A stretch of DNA of 64,000 nt from a virus (lineage: Duplodnaviria > Caudoviricetes), in the IMG/VR virus record IMGVR_UViG_3300014205_000007, positions 1 through 64,000 of that record; one strand, written 5' to 3'. Below are positions 25,213 to 35,417 of the stretch, in pieces. Position numbers and translations under genes: made by a program. The notes beneath the pieces are model-generated. The model was given only the letters and a program-made list of their open reading frames with translations, was not told the origin of the DNA and did not search any database. Numbering within the stretch: the stretch's first letter is position 1; the number at the start of each line of letters is the position of its first letter.

Positions 25213-28074
25213 CTACCCTTCATCATTACCATAATGATAACGTATCAAATCCTGTACCGGATCACCAGAATCCTGCGTACCCTCTTCTACTAATCCCAAT
25301 CCGAGTGGAGTCAGAAACAAGGGAAGCCCTTTCTTCAGGATTTCCTCCCTCATTTTAGGGGTGATAGGAATGGAGGGGTACGTTGGCCAACTCTCAGGCG
25401 TATACGCGCCACGAGCAAAGGCATGGGCCTCTGCCTCATTGTCGAAATGGCGCGCTGACGTATGGTCTGGAGATTCCGCCCGCCAGCGCCCAACGCCAGC
25501 GGGCTGCACATTGCCATACTTATCGGGCAACTGGTGCGGTTCTACTCTCGCCGCTTCTGGATCAAGTCCCTTAACTAGCTTCTGTAGTCTTGTTCCTACG
25601 ATACCTGATTTGTACCCTTCTGGTGTTATGTCACCGTAGAAGGACTTCATGCCTTCGCCGCCCATGCGAAGACCCTCTCCGGCGATAACCCTTACGTCTT
25701 CAGGCTGATTGAACTCTGGTCCAGGTCGCCCTTCCCCGCCCAATATGCGAGCTGCCATCTCATTGCCAACTACACCTGGCAATTCAGCCTCACTTACCAC
25801 GCGCTGATCTAAAACTGTCCCTCCTCCTGGGGTGTACGCGCTAAGCCCAATACGCCCATTCGGTTCGCGCCAGTGATAGAGTTCCCCAATGTGATTTTCA
25901 AGATTATACCTATCTGCCTGTACCTTCCCTGGTGCCCATGCTAGTCTATTAACAGATGGGTCTCTTGCTGCATCTATAAGAGCTTGTTTCAGTCCTAGAT
26001 CAACCCAGTCTGAGGTGTTGGATATGTAGGGGGCAGAGGGGACTCCAGCCCTGGCGGCTTGAAGCTTATTCCCAATGTCAAGCCCTTCATTTCGCGCCTT
26101 TGACCAAGCATCATAGGCTGGGCCAAGTTCTGCCTGTATCTCTGGTGTAACCAGTTTGCCAGACATTAAGATATGCTGGGCAGCTTCGCCAGGATTTTCA
26201 CGAACATGCTCTGGAGCCAGATACTTGTGCTTGGCCACGAGAGGAATAAGTGCGTCACGAGCCGCTTCCTGCCGAGCCCATGCGTCACTGCTCGCCTTTT
26301 CCAGCGTCGCAATAGCCGCAGGGTCTCTCGTCCCACTATCCCTTGCTCTCTGTGCCCAGTCGGATTGCATTTCGTCTAGAACTCTTGTTTTAGAAGGACT
26401 TGGTTCAGTCCAAGCTTCCGGTTTGCCGTAGATCGACTCTAAGTCTCCGCTCCCATGGGGAGGCGACGGGGTGACTTTCTCAGGGCGTCCAACTGAGGTG
26501 GGGTCAGCGTGATTTAAGAAATCTTTCTGTCTATAATGTAGCAAGGGATTGGTGATGCCGGACCAGTGGGAGGAGGTGTAGTTGGATGTGTCAGCTGCTG
26601 GGCCCAACGCACCCCAGCGGGTATTATAGTCTTCCCGCAGTCGTACTATTTCGGCGGCATGTGCCTCACCGCGACCTGCGCGCCGCTCAGCCTGATGCGC
26701 GTCCGTAAGCTGGCGAAGTTTTTCTTGGGCGGCGACGCGAGCGGGATCGTCCACATCCCTGCGCGGCAGCGTCGTCACCACCTCTCTATACGATCCTGGG
26801 ATACCGCCTGGGGTGGAGTAGGACTGATATTGAGCCGACCCCTGACCCGCATAGTCCTCCGGTGGCAGAGCGTCGATTTGCTCCTGAGTCATCGGCCCAG
26901 AAAGACGTTTCTCCCCCAACTGTACCCGATTATCTCTCAGGTACTGCTCTATCTCTGATCTTGAGACTTTTGCTTGTGGATCAGGATAGGCTTTGTCGAA
27001 TCCAACCGCTTCCAATTCCTTGGGCTTTCCGCCATACTTGGGATCAAGAAGCATGGATCGGAACTGGGCGACCGTTCCCTTCTCTTGTGGAAGCGCTTTA
27101 GCGGCCTCCAAGGTTGGAGAATAGAACCCTCTTGCATCGATCTCTCGGGCCATACGCATACCTTTTGGACCTCCTGGAACAACCATGCCAGCAATCAACG
27201 GCGCCGCCGCCCATGCCGCTCCGCTATAATCCTGCGCCTGAACGTTTTTGGCAACCTCTCCTATGCCCTGTCCCATTCCATAAGCCCCCGCAAGGGGGGA
27301 GGCCATCTCATAGGCTGGAGCAAGATACTCCTTGGTGTTCGGGTTGGCCCGCGGGTCGCGGCTCTCGCCCTGCCCGGTCCCTCTCAACTCGGATGGATGG
27401 AACTCTGGAAAATCCCTCAACGGAGGATAGGATTGAAGTCTGCGCTCAAGGTCGGACGGAAGCACCTGGGCTTCAGGGGCGAGATCACCTTGATAGTAGC
27501 GGTTGGCCAAAGCCAGGGTTCCGCCATCGGCGAACCCGACCCGACCACCATAGGCGTAGCCCTTTTTCAGGTCTCCAAGAGGGTATTTACTGGCCTTCGG
27601 ATCGCGCACCCATGCCTTGAAATGCTCGGTGCTGAGTTCCGTCACCGCTCCGATGCGATCTTTGCCCCTGCCATCGGAAAAAGCTTTTGTATAAGCATCA
27701 ACCGCTGCTTGTTTACTCGGAAAGGACAGCATGCACTTGGGCTCGTCGTATTTACCCGTTTTGGCATCAATTTGATCGATGACCCAAACCTTATCGGAGT
27801 CGTGGTCAGGCCCGACGTAGACATCGACGTGGTCACCGTCACCCGCTACCGTGTTCTTGATATAGCCGTATGCCGCGGGGAGCGTGCACTCCCATTTCTT
27901 GCCATTGGCATCCATGCCAGAACGTTTAGATCCTTTTGGGTTCTCAATGGCAATCGTCATGCCTTTATAGGGCAGTTTCCCCTTGGCATAGTTACCCGCC
28001 TCCTTGGCCCTGTCGGACGGAGTTGTATCGGTCTTCCGCGCGGCTAACTGCAAAGCTCTTGCTATCGGGTTCAT
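25213..28074 (-). CDS. Polyvalent virion protein with an N-terminal inorganic-pyrophosphatase-like (InPase) domain
   Basis: GNYAKG, IENPKGSKRSG, YGYIKNT..DGDHVDVYVGP, YDEPKCML; later GFYS and LDEMQSDWAQ modules. Confidence 0.85.
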   Translation of the reverse strand: MNPIARALQLAARKTDTTPSDRAKEAGNYAKGKLPYKGMTIAIENPKGSKRSGMDANGKKWECTLPAAYGYIKNTVAGDGDHVDVYVGPDHDSDKVWVIDQIDAKTGKYDEPKCMLSFPSKQAAVDAYTKAFSDGRGKDRIGAVTELSTEHFKAWVRDPKASKYPLGDLKKGYAYGGRVGFADGGTLALANRYYQGDLAPEAQVLPSDLERRLQSYPPLRDFPEFHPSELRGTGQGESRDPRANPNTKEYLAPAYEMASPLAGAYGMGQGIGEVAKNVQAQDYSGAAWAAAPLIAGMVVPGGPKGMRMAREIDARGFYSPTLEAAKALPQEKGTVAQFRSMLLDPKYGGKPKELEAVGFDKAYPDPQAKVSRSEIEQYLRDNRVQLGEKRLSGPMTQEQIDALPPEDYAGQGSAQYQSYSTPGGIPGSYREVVTTLPRRDVDDPARVAAQEKLRQLTDAHQAERRAGRGEAHAAEIVRLREDYNTRWGALGPAADTSNYTSSHWSGITNPLLHYRQKDFLNHADPTSVGRPEKVTPSPPHGSGDLESIYGKPEAWTEPSPSKTRVLDEMQSDWAQRARDSGTRDPAAIATLEKASSDAWARQEAARDALIPLVAKHKYLAPEHVRENPGEAAQHILMSGKLVTPEIQAELGPAYDAWSKARNEGLDIGNKLQAARAGVPSAPYISNTSDWVDLGLKQALIDAARDPSVNRLAWAPGKVQADRYNLENHIGELYHWREPNGRIGLSAYTPGGGTVLDQRVVSEAELPGVVGNEMAARILGGEGRPGPEFNQPEDVRVIAGEGLRMGGEGMKSFYGDITPEGYKSGIVGTRLQKLVKGLDPEAARVEPHQLPDKYGNVQPAGVGRWRAESPDHTSARHFDNEAEAHAFARGAYTPESWPTYPSIPITPKMREEILKKGLPLFLTPLGLGLVEEGTQDSGDPVQDLIRYHYGNDEG

Positions 28075-28177
28075 CCTCACATCCTATCAGGAAAATCTCC
28101 CCGTTTCCACAACCAATGGAGGGGAGACTTAGGCGGTCGCGCAACAAAAACCGAGAGCCATGACTGAACCATATGCT

Positions 28178-28813
28178 TTATCTAAAGCTTAGGGCTTGAA
28201 ACGAAAAGTTGTTGTTCGTCCCACTGCGTGTCACATTAATGGCCCATGCTGCATCAGTTACAGCAGCGCTCCCATGTCCAGCGCCCATGCATGTGTTCTC
28301 ACTTTGTGAGTTTGAAAGATCTGTCGTTAAGTTCCCCCCGAAAGCATAGGTCATAGAAGCCCCCAGCCCGCCTCCGATGGAGAACGCGGAAACAACCCCG
28401 CCCCTGGTCACTGCGATGGTACTGGATTTAGGGTTGGTGGTACTCGCCCCCACTAGAACAGCCCCAACAGGAGTCGCGCTCTTGACATTATAGAGCGCAA
28501 AAACAATGAGAGTGCAGTGCGTTTGGGTCGAGCTGTTCGTGATCGCAATCGTCGCCGTTGTCCCCGATGGGTAGCTAATGATATATCCACCCAGCGTACC
28601 TCCGATAAACGACGCACCATTGCCATCGACTGTAACACTGGTGATTACGCCGCTTGTGCACCAGAGGAGCAGACGCCGGGTGGCACCGGCAGACCCTATC
28701 GGAACGCCAGAGAAAGTGTAAGTCGCAACAGGACCAGCGGGGTCTTGAGCCCCGTATGTGTACTGGATCGTTGCGGGAGCGCTGCCGCCGATAGCTGCTG
28801 TAGCGATGAACAT
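28178..28813 (-). CDS. Beta-rich tail/fibre-associated protein
   Basis: YTFSGVPIGSAGATRRLLL; T/G/S-rich. Confidence 0.6.
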   Translation of the reverse strand: MFIATAAIGGSAPATIQYTYGAQDPAGPVATYTFSGVPIGSAGATRRLLLWCTSGVITSVTVDGNGASFIGGTLGGYIISYPSGTTATIAITNSSTQTHCTLIVFALYNVKSATPVGAVLVGASTTNPKSSTIAVTRGGVVSAFSIGGGLGASMTYAFGGNLTTDLSNSQSENTCMGAGHGSAAVTDAAWAINVTRSGTNNNFSFQALSFR

Positions 28814-28814
28814 C

Positions 28815-29573
28815 TCAGGTCAACACCCTCGTTCCCCATATCGTCAAGCAGAGGTTTTCGCAATTAGACGATGTCGAGGTAAATGTTACGCTTATGGGAT
28901 TGCCAGGACTCCCCGTGTTCACCACGTTGGCCGTCGCGTGCGTCTGTGTATTCAAGGAAGTGGAAGCACTGTTCGCCGTTCCCCCCAAAGGGGTTCCATT
29001 GATATTTACCGTTACCGTTGATGTCCCGACCTCTGTGATCGTGTCAGTTTGGGTAATCGTCCACTGGAACTGCGCATTGAGGATCAGGTAAACGGTTTCG
29101 TTCTCTGGCACTTTGAAGGTAAAAGAGGCTCCTACGGCCTGATTGACAATCGCTACAGAAACTCCCCCCTTCGTTAGGGTAGACGAGAACGCCCCGTTTG
29201 TGGCATTGACCGTCGTTGCATCAATCACATCGGCAGTGATATCGTCTACGGTTAAATCACCGCCGTTGGTATTGATGTTCCCAGATGAGTCCGCCGAAGC
29301 CCCCGAGGCTTGCAAAGCAAACCCACTCGCACCCTTCGCGGTCAAAATTCGGTTGGCAGTTACACCCGTCGTTCCGCCAATAATCGATGATGTTATCGCC
29401 GCTGCGATGGCGGTAATCAGATCGACAACCGCGGCACTCCCGCCACTGAATACCGTCGCCAACTTGCCCATGACATCATTGAGCATACGGGCATTGGTGG
29501 ATTCTACCGCCGACGGGGCGCTCGTAAGTGTCGATCCAGACGTGTCCGACGATGGTGTGGGTTCGTCTGCCAT
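28815..29573 (-). CDS. Tail needle/fibre-like protein
   Basis: T/S-rich beta-type C-terminal domain; follows the tail stabilisation gene. Confidence 0.55.
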   Translation of the reverse strand: MADEPTPSSDTSGSTLTSAPSAVESTNARMLNDVMGKLATVFSGGSAAVVDLITAIAAAITSSIIGGTTGVTANRILTAKGASGFALQASGASADSSGNINTNGGDLTVDDITADVIDATTVNATNGAFSSTLTKGGVSVAIVNQAVGASFTFKVPENETVYLILNAQFQWTITQTDTITEVGTSTVTVNINGTPLGGTANSASTSLNTQTHATANVVNTGSPGNPISVTFTSTSSNCENLCLTIWGTRVLT

Positions 29574-29744
29574 TTAGGCGCTCGGCTTGGCTAAGATGGC
29601 GTCTCGAACGGCTTCCAGCGCCGTCACGAGATCGGTATTGTTCGAGGACGCATCGTCAGCGATCTTGCCGACGATCTGGTTCAACTGACCTCTTTGAGTG
29701 TCCTTGACCGTCGATGTATTGGTTTGAGGTTGAAGTGGTGGCAT
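29574..29744 (-). CDS. Small 56-aa protein (not in the ORF track)
   Basis: MPPLQPQ...AILAKPSA; abuts both neighbours exactly. Confidence 0.6.
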   Translation of the reverse strand: MPPLQPQTNTSTVKDTQRGQLNQIVGKIADDASSNNTDLVTALEAVRDAILAKPSA

Positions 29745-31795
29745 CAGAGTCTACCGTCCTTGGTAAGCCGAAGCCGCGTACCGCCAAATCTCCAGAAGGA
29801 GCCCACGTCGTCGCTTCCGAACTGAAACGAAATAAATCTTCCTCGCAGCCTCGGGTTGACAAACCTTGTCGCCTCCGTGACCGGAAAAGTTTGTGTTCGG
29901 GCTGGGCCGGGAAGATATTTATAGCTGTTGATGGTCATATTCACGTTGGCCGACGGATTGGAACTGTTATACAATCGCCAATTCATGTCAGGCAGCATCC
30001 AATCGCAAAACATCAAATCCTGCCCATCCGCCAATTGATAGAGGCCAGTAATAAAATAAGTATTCATCGGCTGTCCATCCGCGTCAGGGGAGGTTTCGTG
30101 CTCATAGATGATCCCTGTTGGAGTCGCAGCAATGGGCATGCCGACAATGGACTGGTCTATACCAGCGCTTCGGCTGAAAACGGGGTCCTGGTCAAAAGCC
30201 CATGCCCCTTCCTGAATGTTGTACGTCACCGAGGCGTCGCATTCCGTAGCCCCTGTGGACGCCCGTGGGAAAAAGAACGTAATTTCATTGAACGGCGTAT
30301 TGGCCCACGCCCAGCACTTGTGCTGATAAGTCGTGTTCAAATCCTGAAACACAACGTCCCACACCGAGCATGGAATGACCTGTGGGGCTCCAGAGCCGAG
30401 GAGGGCATAGAAATTCGAGCCAGACATCCAGAAAACGCTTGCCCCCAGCCTCGCGGCGGCATGTTTTCCAATCAGCCCACAACCCCAGCCGATCTGATTG
30501 AACCCCCACACGCCGGCCTGAAGCGAGCCCAAATAGGACATGGCCCATAGGCCAAGATCGGTCCACAGCAATTCCTGGTTCTGCGCCGACATACCACCGA
30601 TAATGCGAGACCCCGTAGACAACCTGCGAGAGCCGGCCTGACTTGTGGTCGAAATTAAAAACGAGGTGAAATCCCCTACGTCGGACCACGCGACCAAAAG
30701 CGGGTCTTGATCGACCCCGATGCCGACCGTTGCCGATGCCCCATAGCAGATGAGCATCTGCGTCTGCATGGAGACGAATGCCCCAGTGTTATGTACGGGG
30801 GCTGAAGAAACCAACTGCGCGTTCTGAATCCCAGAGTTCGGACGCCATTGGTAAACCCCCAATCCTTCTGGGTTGGCGATGAGAATTTCGCCCCAGTTAT
30901 CCAACGCCCAATCGGTCGCTGTAATGGGTGTTCCGGTCTGAACCGTATAGGATGACCCGGTGCCGTACCCTCCATCTCCGTATGGACCGATGCCATATCC
31001 AGTGGAGCCAGAAACAGGCCCAAGGGTAATGGAATAAACAACCTGGACATCGCCACCGTTCATGGACGCAGATGTAGTCGAGGAAGCAAGGTTGGTTGCC
31101 GCGACGATGAAGACACTCGTAGATGTTACGGAAATAACATCATAGGTGCCGAAAATCGTCACGCCACCAACCGTAGTAGATACGGAGAAATTAATGCTGT
31201 CCCCTACCACCAGTCCATGGTCGGCCAATGTCACATCGACCTCCGATGATCCAGACGTGACATTGAACAACGGGACTGCACCTCCGGCCGTCACGCTTGA
31301 TGTTGCATTCACGGCTGCTACGATACGATACTGGCCCACACCCAAGGATAGATCGACGGGATAGACACCAGACAAAATCAATCCCCCAACCGAAACGGGG
31401 GTGTTGAATTCTATGCTGTCATAGGACGTGATCGTGGTGACGTTGGGATCGTTTACGGTGACGTTTGGAGACCCAAGCGTCGTGTCGAAATCTGGCGTAA
31501 AATCAGAAACAAGGGTTTGAGGCGTAACATCCGTAAGCGTGCCCCCGGAAATAACCCCGAGCAGTGCCGTTGTCCCCACCCCGAGATAGTGGACCTCGTT
31601 GAGGTCAAGCCATGCGTGCAGCGCTTTTGGAACCCCGCCTATCGCGAACGGATAGTATTTTTGCCACCCTCCGCGTTTTTCTGCCAGCCCGGCCCGGAAC
31701 CGGATAAGATTGGACGTGTTGATGGCCGCTTCCGACAAGGATGGAGTGGATTCCACGTCCACTCCCGGACGCAGCTTGAGCATGGCCATCGGCAT
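29744..31795 (-). CDS. Tail tubular B / packaged-DNA stabilisation (P22 gp10-like) protein
   Basis: RFRAGLAEKRGGW, WALDNWGE, VAWSD, QIGWGCGLIG, RLRGR..WRFG. Confidence 0.8.
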   Translation of the reverse strand: MPMAMLKLRPGVDVESTPSLSEAAINTSNLIRFRAGLAEKRGGWQKYYPFAIGGVPKALHAWLDLNEVHYLGVGTTALLGVISGGTLTDVTPQTLVSDFTPDFDTTLGSPNVTVNDPNVTTITSYDSIEFNTPVSVGGLILSGVYPVDLSLGVGQYRIVAAVNATSSVTAGGAVPLFNVTSGSSEVDVTLADHGLVVGDSINFSVSTTVGGVTIFGTYDVISVTSTSVFIVAATNLASSTTSASMNGGDVQVVYSITLGPVSGSTGYGIGPYGDGGYGTGSSYTVQTGTPITATDWALDNWGEILIANPEGLGVYQWRPNSGIQNAQLVSSAPVHNTGAFVSMQTQMLICYGASATVGIGVDQDPLLVAWSDVGDFTSFLISTTSQAGSRRLSTGSRIIGGMSAQNQELLWTDLGLWAMSYLGSLQAGVWGFNQIGWGCGLIGKHAAARLGASVFWMSGSNFYALLGSGAPQVIPCSVWDVVFQDLNTTYQHKCWAWANTPFNEITFFFPRASTGATECDASVTYNIQEGAWAFDQDPVFSRSAGIDQSIVGMPIAATPTGIIYEHETSPDADGQPMNTYFITGLYQLADGQDLMFCDWMLPDMNWRLYNSSNPSANVNMTINSYKYLPGPARTQTFPVTEATRFVNPRLRGRFISFQFGSDDVGSFWRFGGTRLRLTKDGRL

Positions 31796-31799
31796 CGGA

Positions 31800-32201
31800 T
31801 CAGCCCTTCCCGATAGCCAATGGGCTGTGACCGTTCGCAAGGATGGGCAAGCTTAGCTGCGATACGGCATCGCCCAGAACGTCCTGCACCGCTTGTCGCG
31901 CCCGCTGCACGGCCATAGCCCCGATAGCGACACTTTCGTCCCTGTGCGTCTTCACTTCATTGGCGACCTTATCGGTTGTGGCAATCATGCGGTCCTGCTG
32001 CAGACCGTTCTGCAAGGCGAGCAAGTACATATGGTTATCGATGCAATTCCACCGCCGAGTGATCGCTTCTCCGGTGCGCGGGTCATGCCCGTCAAGGTAG
32101 TCCCATAACCAACACTGCTCTGACACCACCAGATCACGGCAGGATTTCGCAAACCCAGTTTTGTGGCACATACGCTCTTTCGGTGGATTTCGGTCAGCCA
32201 T
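31800..32201 (-). CDS. Cys-rich tail-fibre-associated protein
   Basis: C..C..CWLW...GHDPRTGE...WNC. Confidence 0.65.
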   Translation of the reverse strand: MADRNPPKERMCHKTGFAKSCRDLVVSEQCWLWDYLDGHDPRTGEAITRRWNCIDNHMYLLALQNGLQQDRMIATTDKVANEVKTHRDESVAIGAMAVQRARQAVQDVLGDAVSQLSLPILANGHSPLAIGKG

Positions 32202-32284
32202 TTGCGTCACCTCTGGTTGCATAACGCACAAAGAGACGCTAGACTATCAACACAAGAGTAAACAAAGACCTGGGGGATTCGTCA

Positions 32285-32407
32285 ATGCGCACACTCAAGC
32301 TCCGTCTTACGCAACTCGGATGGATCGCGCTGTTCCCTGTAGCCTTGGCCATCGCCTACGCACACGAGGCTTGGGGTGGGCCATCGAGCGACGGAAGCGA
32401 CGAGTAA
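32285..32407 (+). CDS. 40-aa single-TM peptide on the opposite strand (moron-like)
   Basis: MRTLKLRLTQLGWIALFPVALAIAYAHEAW..; GGGGGA RBS; fills the intergenic gap. Confidence 0.45.
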   Translation: MRTLKLRLTQLGWIALFPVALAIAYAHEAWGGPSSDGSDE

Positions 32408-33196
32408 TCACGCCTTGGTGGCCCTGATGGCGCTGGCGTATTTCACGGCAAAATCCATGGCCGTTCCAGAACCTCCAGAAGGAAGCGTGCCTCCGATTGT
32501 CACCGTTACCGTGGCAGAACTAGGGGACGCGGCCGTATTTACGCCAACGCCGCCTGGGCCTGGCTGATAAACGTTAACTGTTGCCGTCGTGCTTGCTGTC
32601 GCTGTGACGCCAGAAAGGTTGAGATTGTAGTCGGGGATATTGGCTTGCAGGATGGTCCGAGCCGCAAAGACTGTGGTAAAATCGGCCGTTCCTGCATCTG
32701 CTCCAACTGTTCCAGATACGAGACGTATAGCACCATTATCCAGTGATGTGTCTTTGGTCCATCCCGTAGGCGCAGTGGTCTGAAAAAACAGGCACTTTGT
32801 ACCTGTTGGAAACGTGTCTGTTGCCGCAACCCGCACGCCATTGGTTGTGTCCGAAATCATAATCACACGATTGCCTTGTGGCGCAACGGCTCCGGCCACC
32901 CCATTCGTCACCGTGACTGAAAAGCTTCCCGTCGTGACATTCTCGACAAAGAAGAATCCGACACATGCCGTGGTGATCTGGACGTTGGCGAGTAGGACTC
33001 CGGTCAAGCGGAGGATACAATCACGGGACTGAGAGGCAGAAAGCACAACAGGGGAGGATGCGAGAGACAGCGTAGTGAGGCCGCCCATGTTCTGATCGAT
33101 GTAGGAGATGACGCTGGCGTTGAGAACGTCCCCCCACGTACCAGAGTTACTTCCGGTTACCTGAACCTCGTAACCCTTGTTCGTTGTCTGCGGCAT
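32408..33196 (-). CDS. Short tail fibre / fibre base protein
   Basis: TGSNSGTWG..LN N-terminus; FPTGTKCLFFQTTAPTGWTKDT. Confidence 0.75.
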   Translation of the reverse strand: MPQTTNKGYEVQVTGSNSGTWGDVLNASVISYIDQNMGGLTTLSLASSPVVLSASQSRDCILRLTGVLLANVQITTACVGFFFVENVTTGSFSVTVTNGVAGAVAPQGNRVIMISDTTNGVRVAATDTFPTGTKCLFFQTTAPTGWTKDTSLDNGAIRLVSGTVGADAGTADFTTVFAARTILQANIPDYNLNLSGVTATASTTATVNVYQPGPGGVGVNTAASPSSATVTVTIGGTLPSGGSGTAMDFAVKYASAIRATKA

Positions 33197-33474
33197 CAGC
33201 GCCACCCATCCTTTGGATTGGTCCCAAAATGGAACTGATACCCGTCCCGCGGATTACCCCTGATCCATGCGCCGCGGCATACCTTACACCTCAAGCCCGC
33301 AACCGACTCGGAAATTCCCGGTTCCGGCTGGTGCCAGTTGGTGAAATCAGACTTTCCTCTGGCGTCCCCAGAATAGATATCGTGGGCGATATCACAGATC
33401 GGATGCCCATTGATGCATGTAACGGATTCGCCCTTGCGAGCCCATAGCTTTGGAGCGCCCAATCGGTCGTTCAT
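33196..33474 (-). CDS. Small Zn-binding hypothetical protein
   Basis: TCINGHPIC...CKVC. Confidence 0.6.
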   Translation of the reverse strand: MNDRLGAPKLWARKGESVTCINGHPICDIAHDIYSGDARGKSDFTNWHQPEPGISESVAGLRCKVCRGAWIRGNPRDGYQFHFGTNPKDGWR

Positions 33475-33476
33475 AA

Positions 33477-34205
33477 CTACCCCCTTTGAGGAACTGCTGT
33501 AGGCTCAACCGCTGCCGAGGTCCATGAGGCCCCACCGAACCTCTTGCGCGCTTCCCACGTTGCGGCGGACTCCTTGAGTTGCGCGTACTGCTGCTCCCAC
33601 CCCATTGTCTGCCCCCCGGCATCCGGGGTCGGCGAAAAGTTTTTCTGAAACGCGCCTTGGGCAAAGATCATGGATGCGGCCGTGAACAGATCGGGCAAAT
33701 AAAGCGTCAAAAACGTCGTCGGATTGTTTACGGACAATGGCGTCGGTATGATCTTTCCAACCACCTCGACCCGATAATTGGCATCCGGCCAGGGTCCAAA
33801 AATGATATTAGATTGCCCTGAAGCCTGCGAGAAATAGGCGAATTGCTGTGGAATCCCCGAGCCCGTTGAGGATGGCCAAGCGTAATCCAAAACCGTTCTG
33901 CTTACCGGGACAAGCGGGTTGCGAGTTCCAGACTCTGCGGTGCTCCCTGCTGGGGAAATAATGTTGACCTCCTTGACGATCTGAAACGTCCCAATCGATG
34001 TCGGGAGGGTAAAATTCCGCACCCCGGACGTACAAGATGCAGAGCTATCGGCAATATCCTCTACCAGCATGTCAAGCTCGCGGTATATACGCTGCTCTGC
34101 ATAGTCGATTATCGACGGTATGATTTGCAGAAAGTTTGCATCGGCCGGGTCCTCGGCGAGAAGGTTTGCCAAGGTCGTGACATACGTGGCATAGGTCAGA
34201 CTCAT
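33477..34205 (-). CDS. Head-tail adaptor / tail tubular A-like protein
   Basis: IIDYAEQRIYRELD, GPWPDANY, NPTTFLTLYLPDL. Confidence 0.8.
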   Translation of the reverse strand: MSLTYATYVTTLANLLAEDPADANFLQIIPSIIDYAEQRIYRELDMLVEDIADSSASCTSGVRNFTLPTSIGTFQIVKEVNIISPAGSTAESGTRNPLVPVSRTVLDYAWPSSTGSGIPQQFAYFSQASGQSNIIFGPWPDANYRVEVVGKIIPTPLSVNNPTTFLTLYLPDLFTAASMIFAQGAFQKNFSPTPDAGGQTMGWEQQYAQLKESAATWEARKRFGGASWTSAAVEPTAVPQRG

Positions 34206-34570
34206 GGTATCCTCTCCACCCAGACGCTTTGGGCTTCATTCCAAGTGTATTTCTTGTTATTTTGGGGCACAGAAACCGGCGCCTGCCAGCGGCAGGTTTG
34301 CTCGTCGAGCGCCCAAGCCGGGTACGGCTTGGGCGGAATAAACGCATCGCGATCGGCGTCAAACGTATCGCCAGGCCCCGCATAGTTCTTCCTGAACGTG
34401 CCGTTGTAGGAGGTCTGTTTCCAGATCGTCTCCGGTCCAAACAAGCGCTGGCAAAAGGCAATGCCGATAGATTCACTTTCGTTTCCGTTTTTGTCCTCGA
34501 TGTCATCATCAGCGATGACGACGACGCGGAGCACGATATGTTTCTCGTCCAGTTCTGCAAAGTGTGCCAT
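34202..34570 (-). CDS. MAHFA-type phage protein (partner of the glycine-rich protein)
   Basis: MAHFAELD..WKQTSYNGTFRKNYAG..DAFIPPKPYP.W. Confidence 0.8.
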   Translation of the reverse strand: MAHFAELDEKHIVLRVVVIADDDIEDKNGNESESIGIAFCQRLFGPETIWKQTSYNGTFRKNYAGPGDTFDADRDAFIPPKPYPAWALDEQTCRWQAPVSVPQNNKKYTWNEAQSVWVERIP

Positions 34571-34579
34571 TCGGTCCCC

Positions 34580-35416
34580 CTAGTACACAAAGGCGCCGCT
34601 GGACGTGAAGGTGTGAATGGTATTGCCTCCAGAGGAGGTCACCGTGCCGCCCGTAGCCACCTGTATCCCAGCATAGCTGATGATCACCACGCCAGACGAG
34701 CCATTGCCTCCATTTGATTGTGTGGAACCGCCACCGCCACCGCCACCCGAGCCCCTGTTGACGGTTCCGTTGCCGCCTGCCGTGCCGTTGGCCTTACCAT
34801 CACCACCTACGCCGGATGATCCGCCCGCGCCACCCGTGCCGCCTTCGCCGCCACCGCCACCGCCCGCAGCATAAATAACCGCCGAGCCGGAGATAGAATT
34901 AGATGTTCCATCGCCACCCGCGCCGCCGTTAGTGGCGCTCGGGCCATTGGCGCCTGCGGCGCCCGATCCGCCGCCTCCGCCTGCACCGTAGGCAACCGCG
35001 CCAGCCACCGCGCTGCCACCATCCCTACCAACCGGAGCCCCCGTGCCGGTGCCCCCCGCGATCCCAGAGCTTTGACCACCACCACCACCGGAGCCGCCGT
35101 TGGCACCAGTAAAATTGGAACCTTCGCCTGCACCACCACCACCACCACCCGTGGAAGTGACGCTGCTGAATATCGATGAATTGCCAGTGCCACCCTGAGT
35201 ACTGGCGGCAGTCGAACCGCCGCCGCCAGCGCCGACAGTAACAGTGTAGGACCCAGGATTGACGGTAAAGCCACCGGCTGTGCGGTATTCCCCAGCGCCG
35301 CCGCCGCCGCCGCCGTAGCCATAGGCGCCACCCGCCCCGCCGCCAACGACAAGATAAGTAACCGACAGCGCCGGCTTGTAGGTAATTATCAGCGCTTGAT
35401 GGGAGACGCCTGCCAT
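34580..35416 (-). CDS. Glycine-rich domain fibre-tip/adhesin protein
   Basis: YLVVGGGAGG, YAAGGGGG, GGNGSSGVVIISY, IHTFTSSG. Confidence 0.8.
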   Translation of the reverse strand: MAGVSHQALIITYKPALSVTYLVVGGGAGGAYGYGGGGGGAGEYRTAGGFTVNPGSYTVTVGAGGGGSTAASTQGGTGNSSIFSSVTSTGGGGGGAGEGSNFTGANGGSGGGGGQSSGIAGGTGTGAPVGRDGGSAVAGAVAYGAGGGGGSGAAGANGPSATNGGAGGDGTSNSISGSAVIYAAGGGGGGEGGTGGAGGSSGVGGDGKANGTAGGNGTVNRGSGGGGGGGSTQSNGGNGSSGVVIISYAGIQVATGGTVTSSGGNTIHTFTSSGAFVY

Positions 35417-35417
35417 A

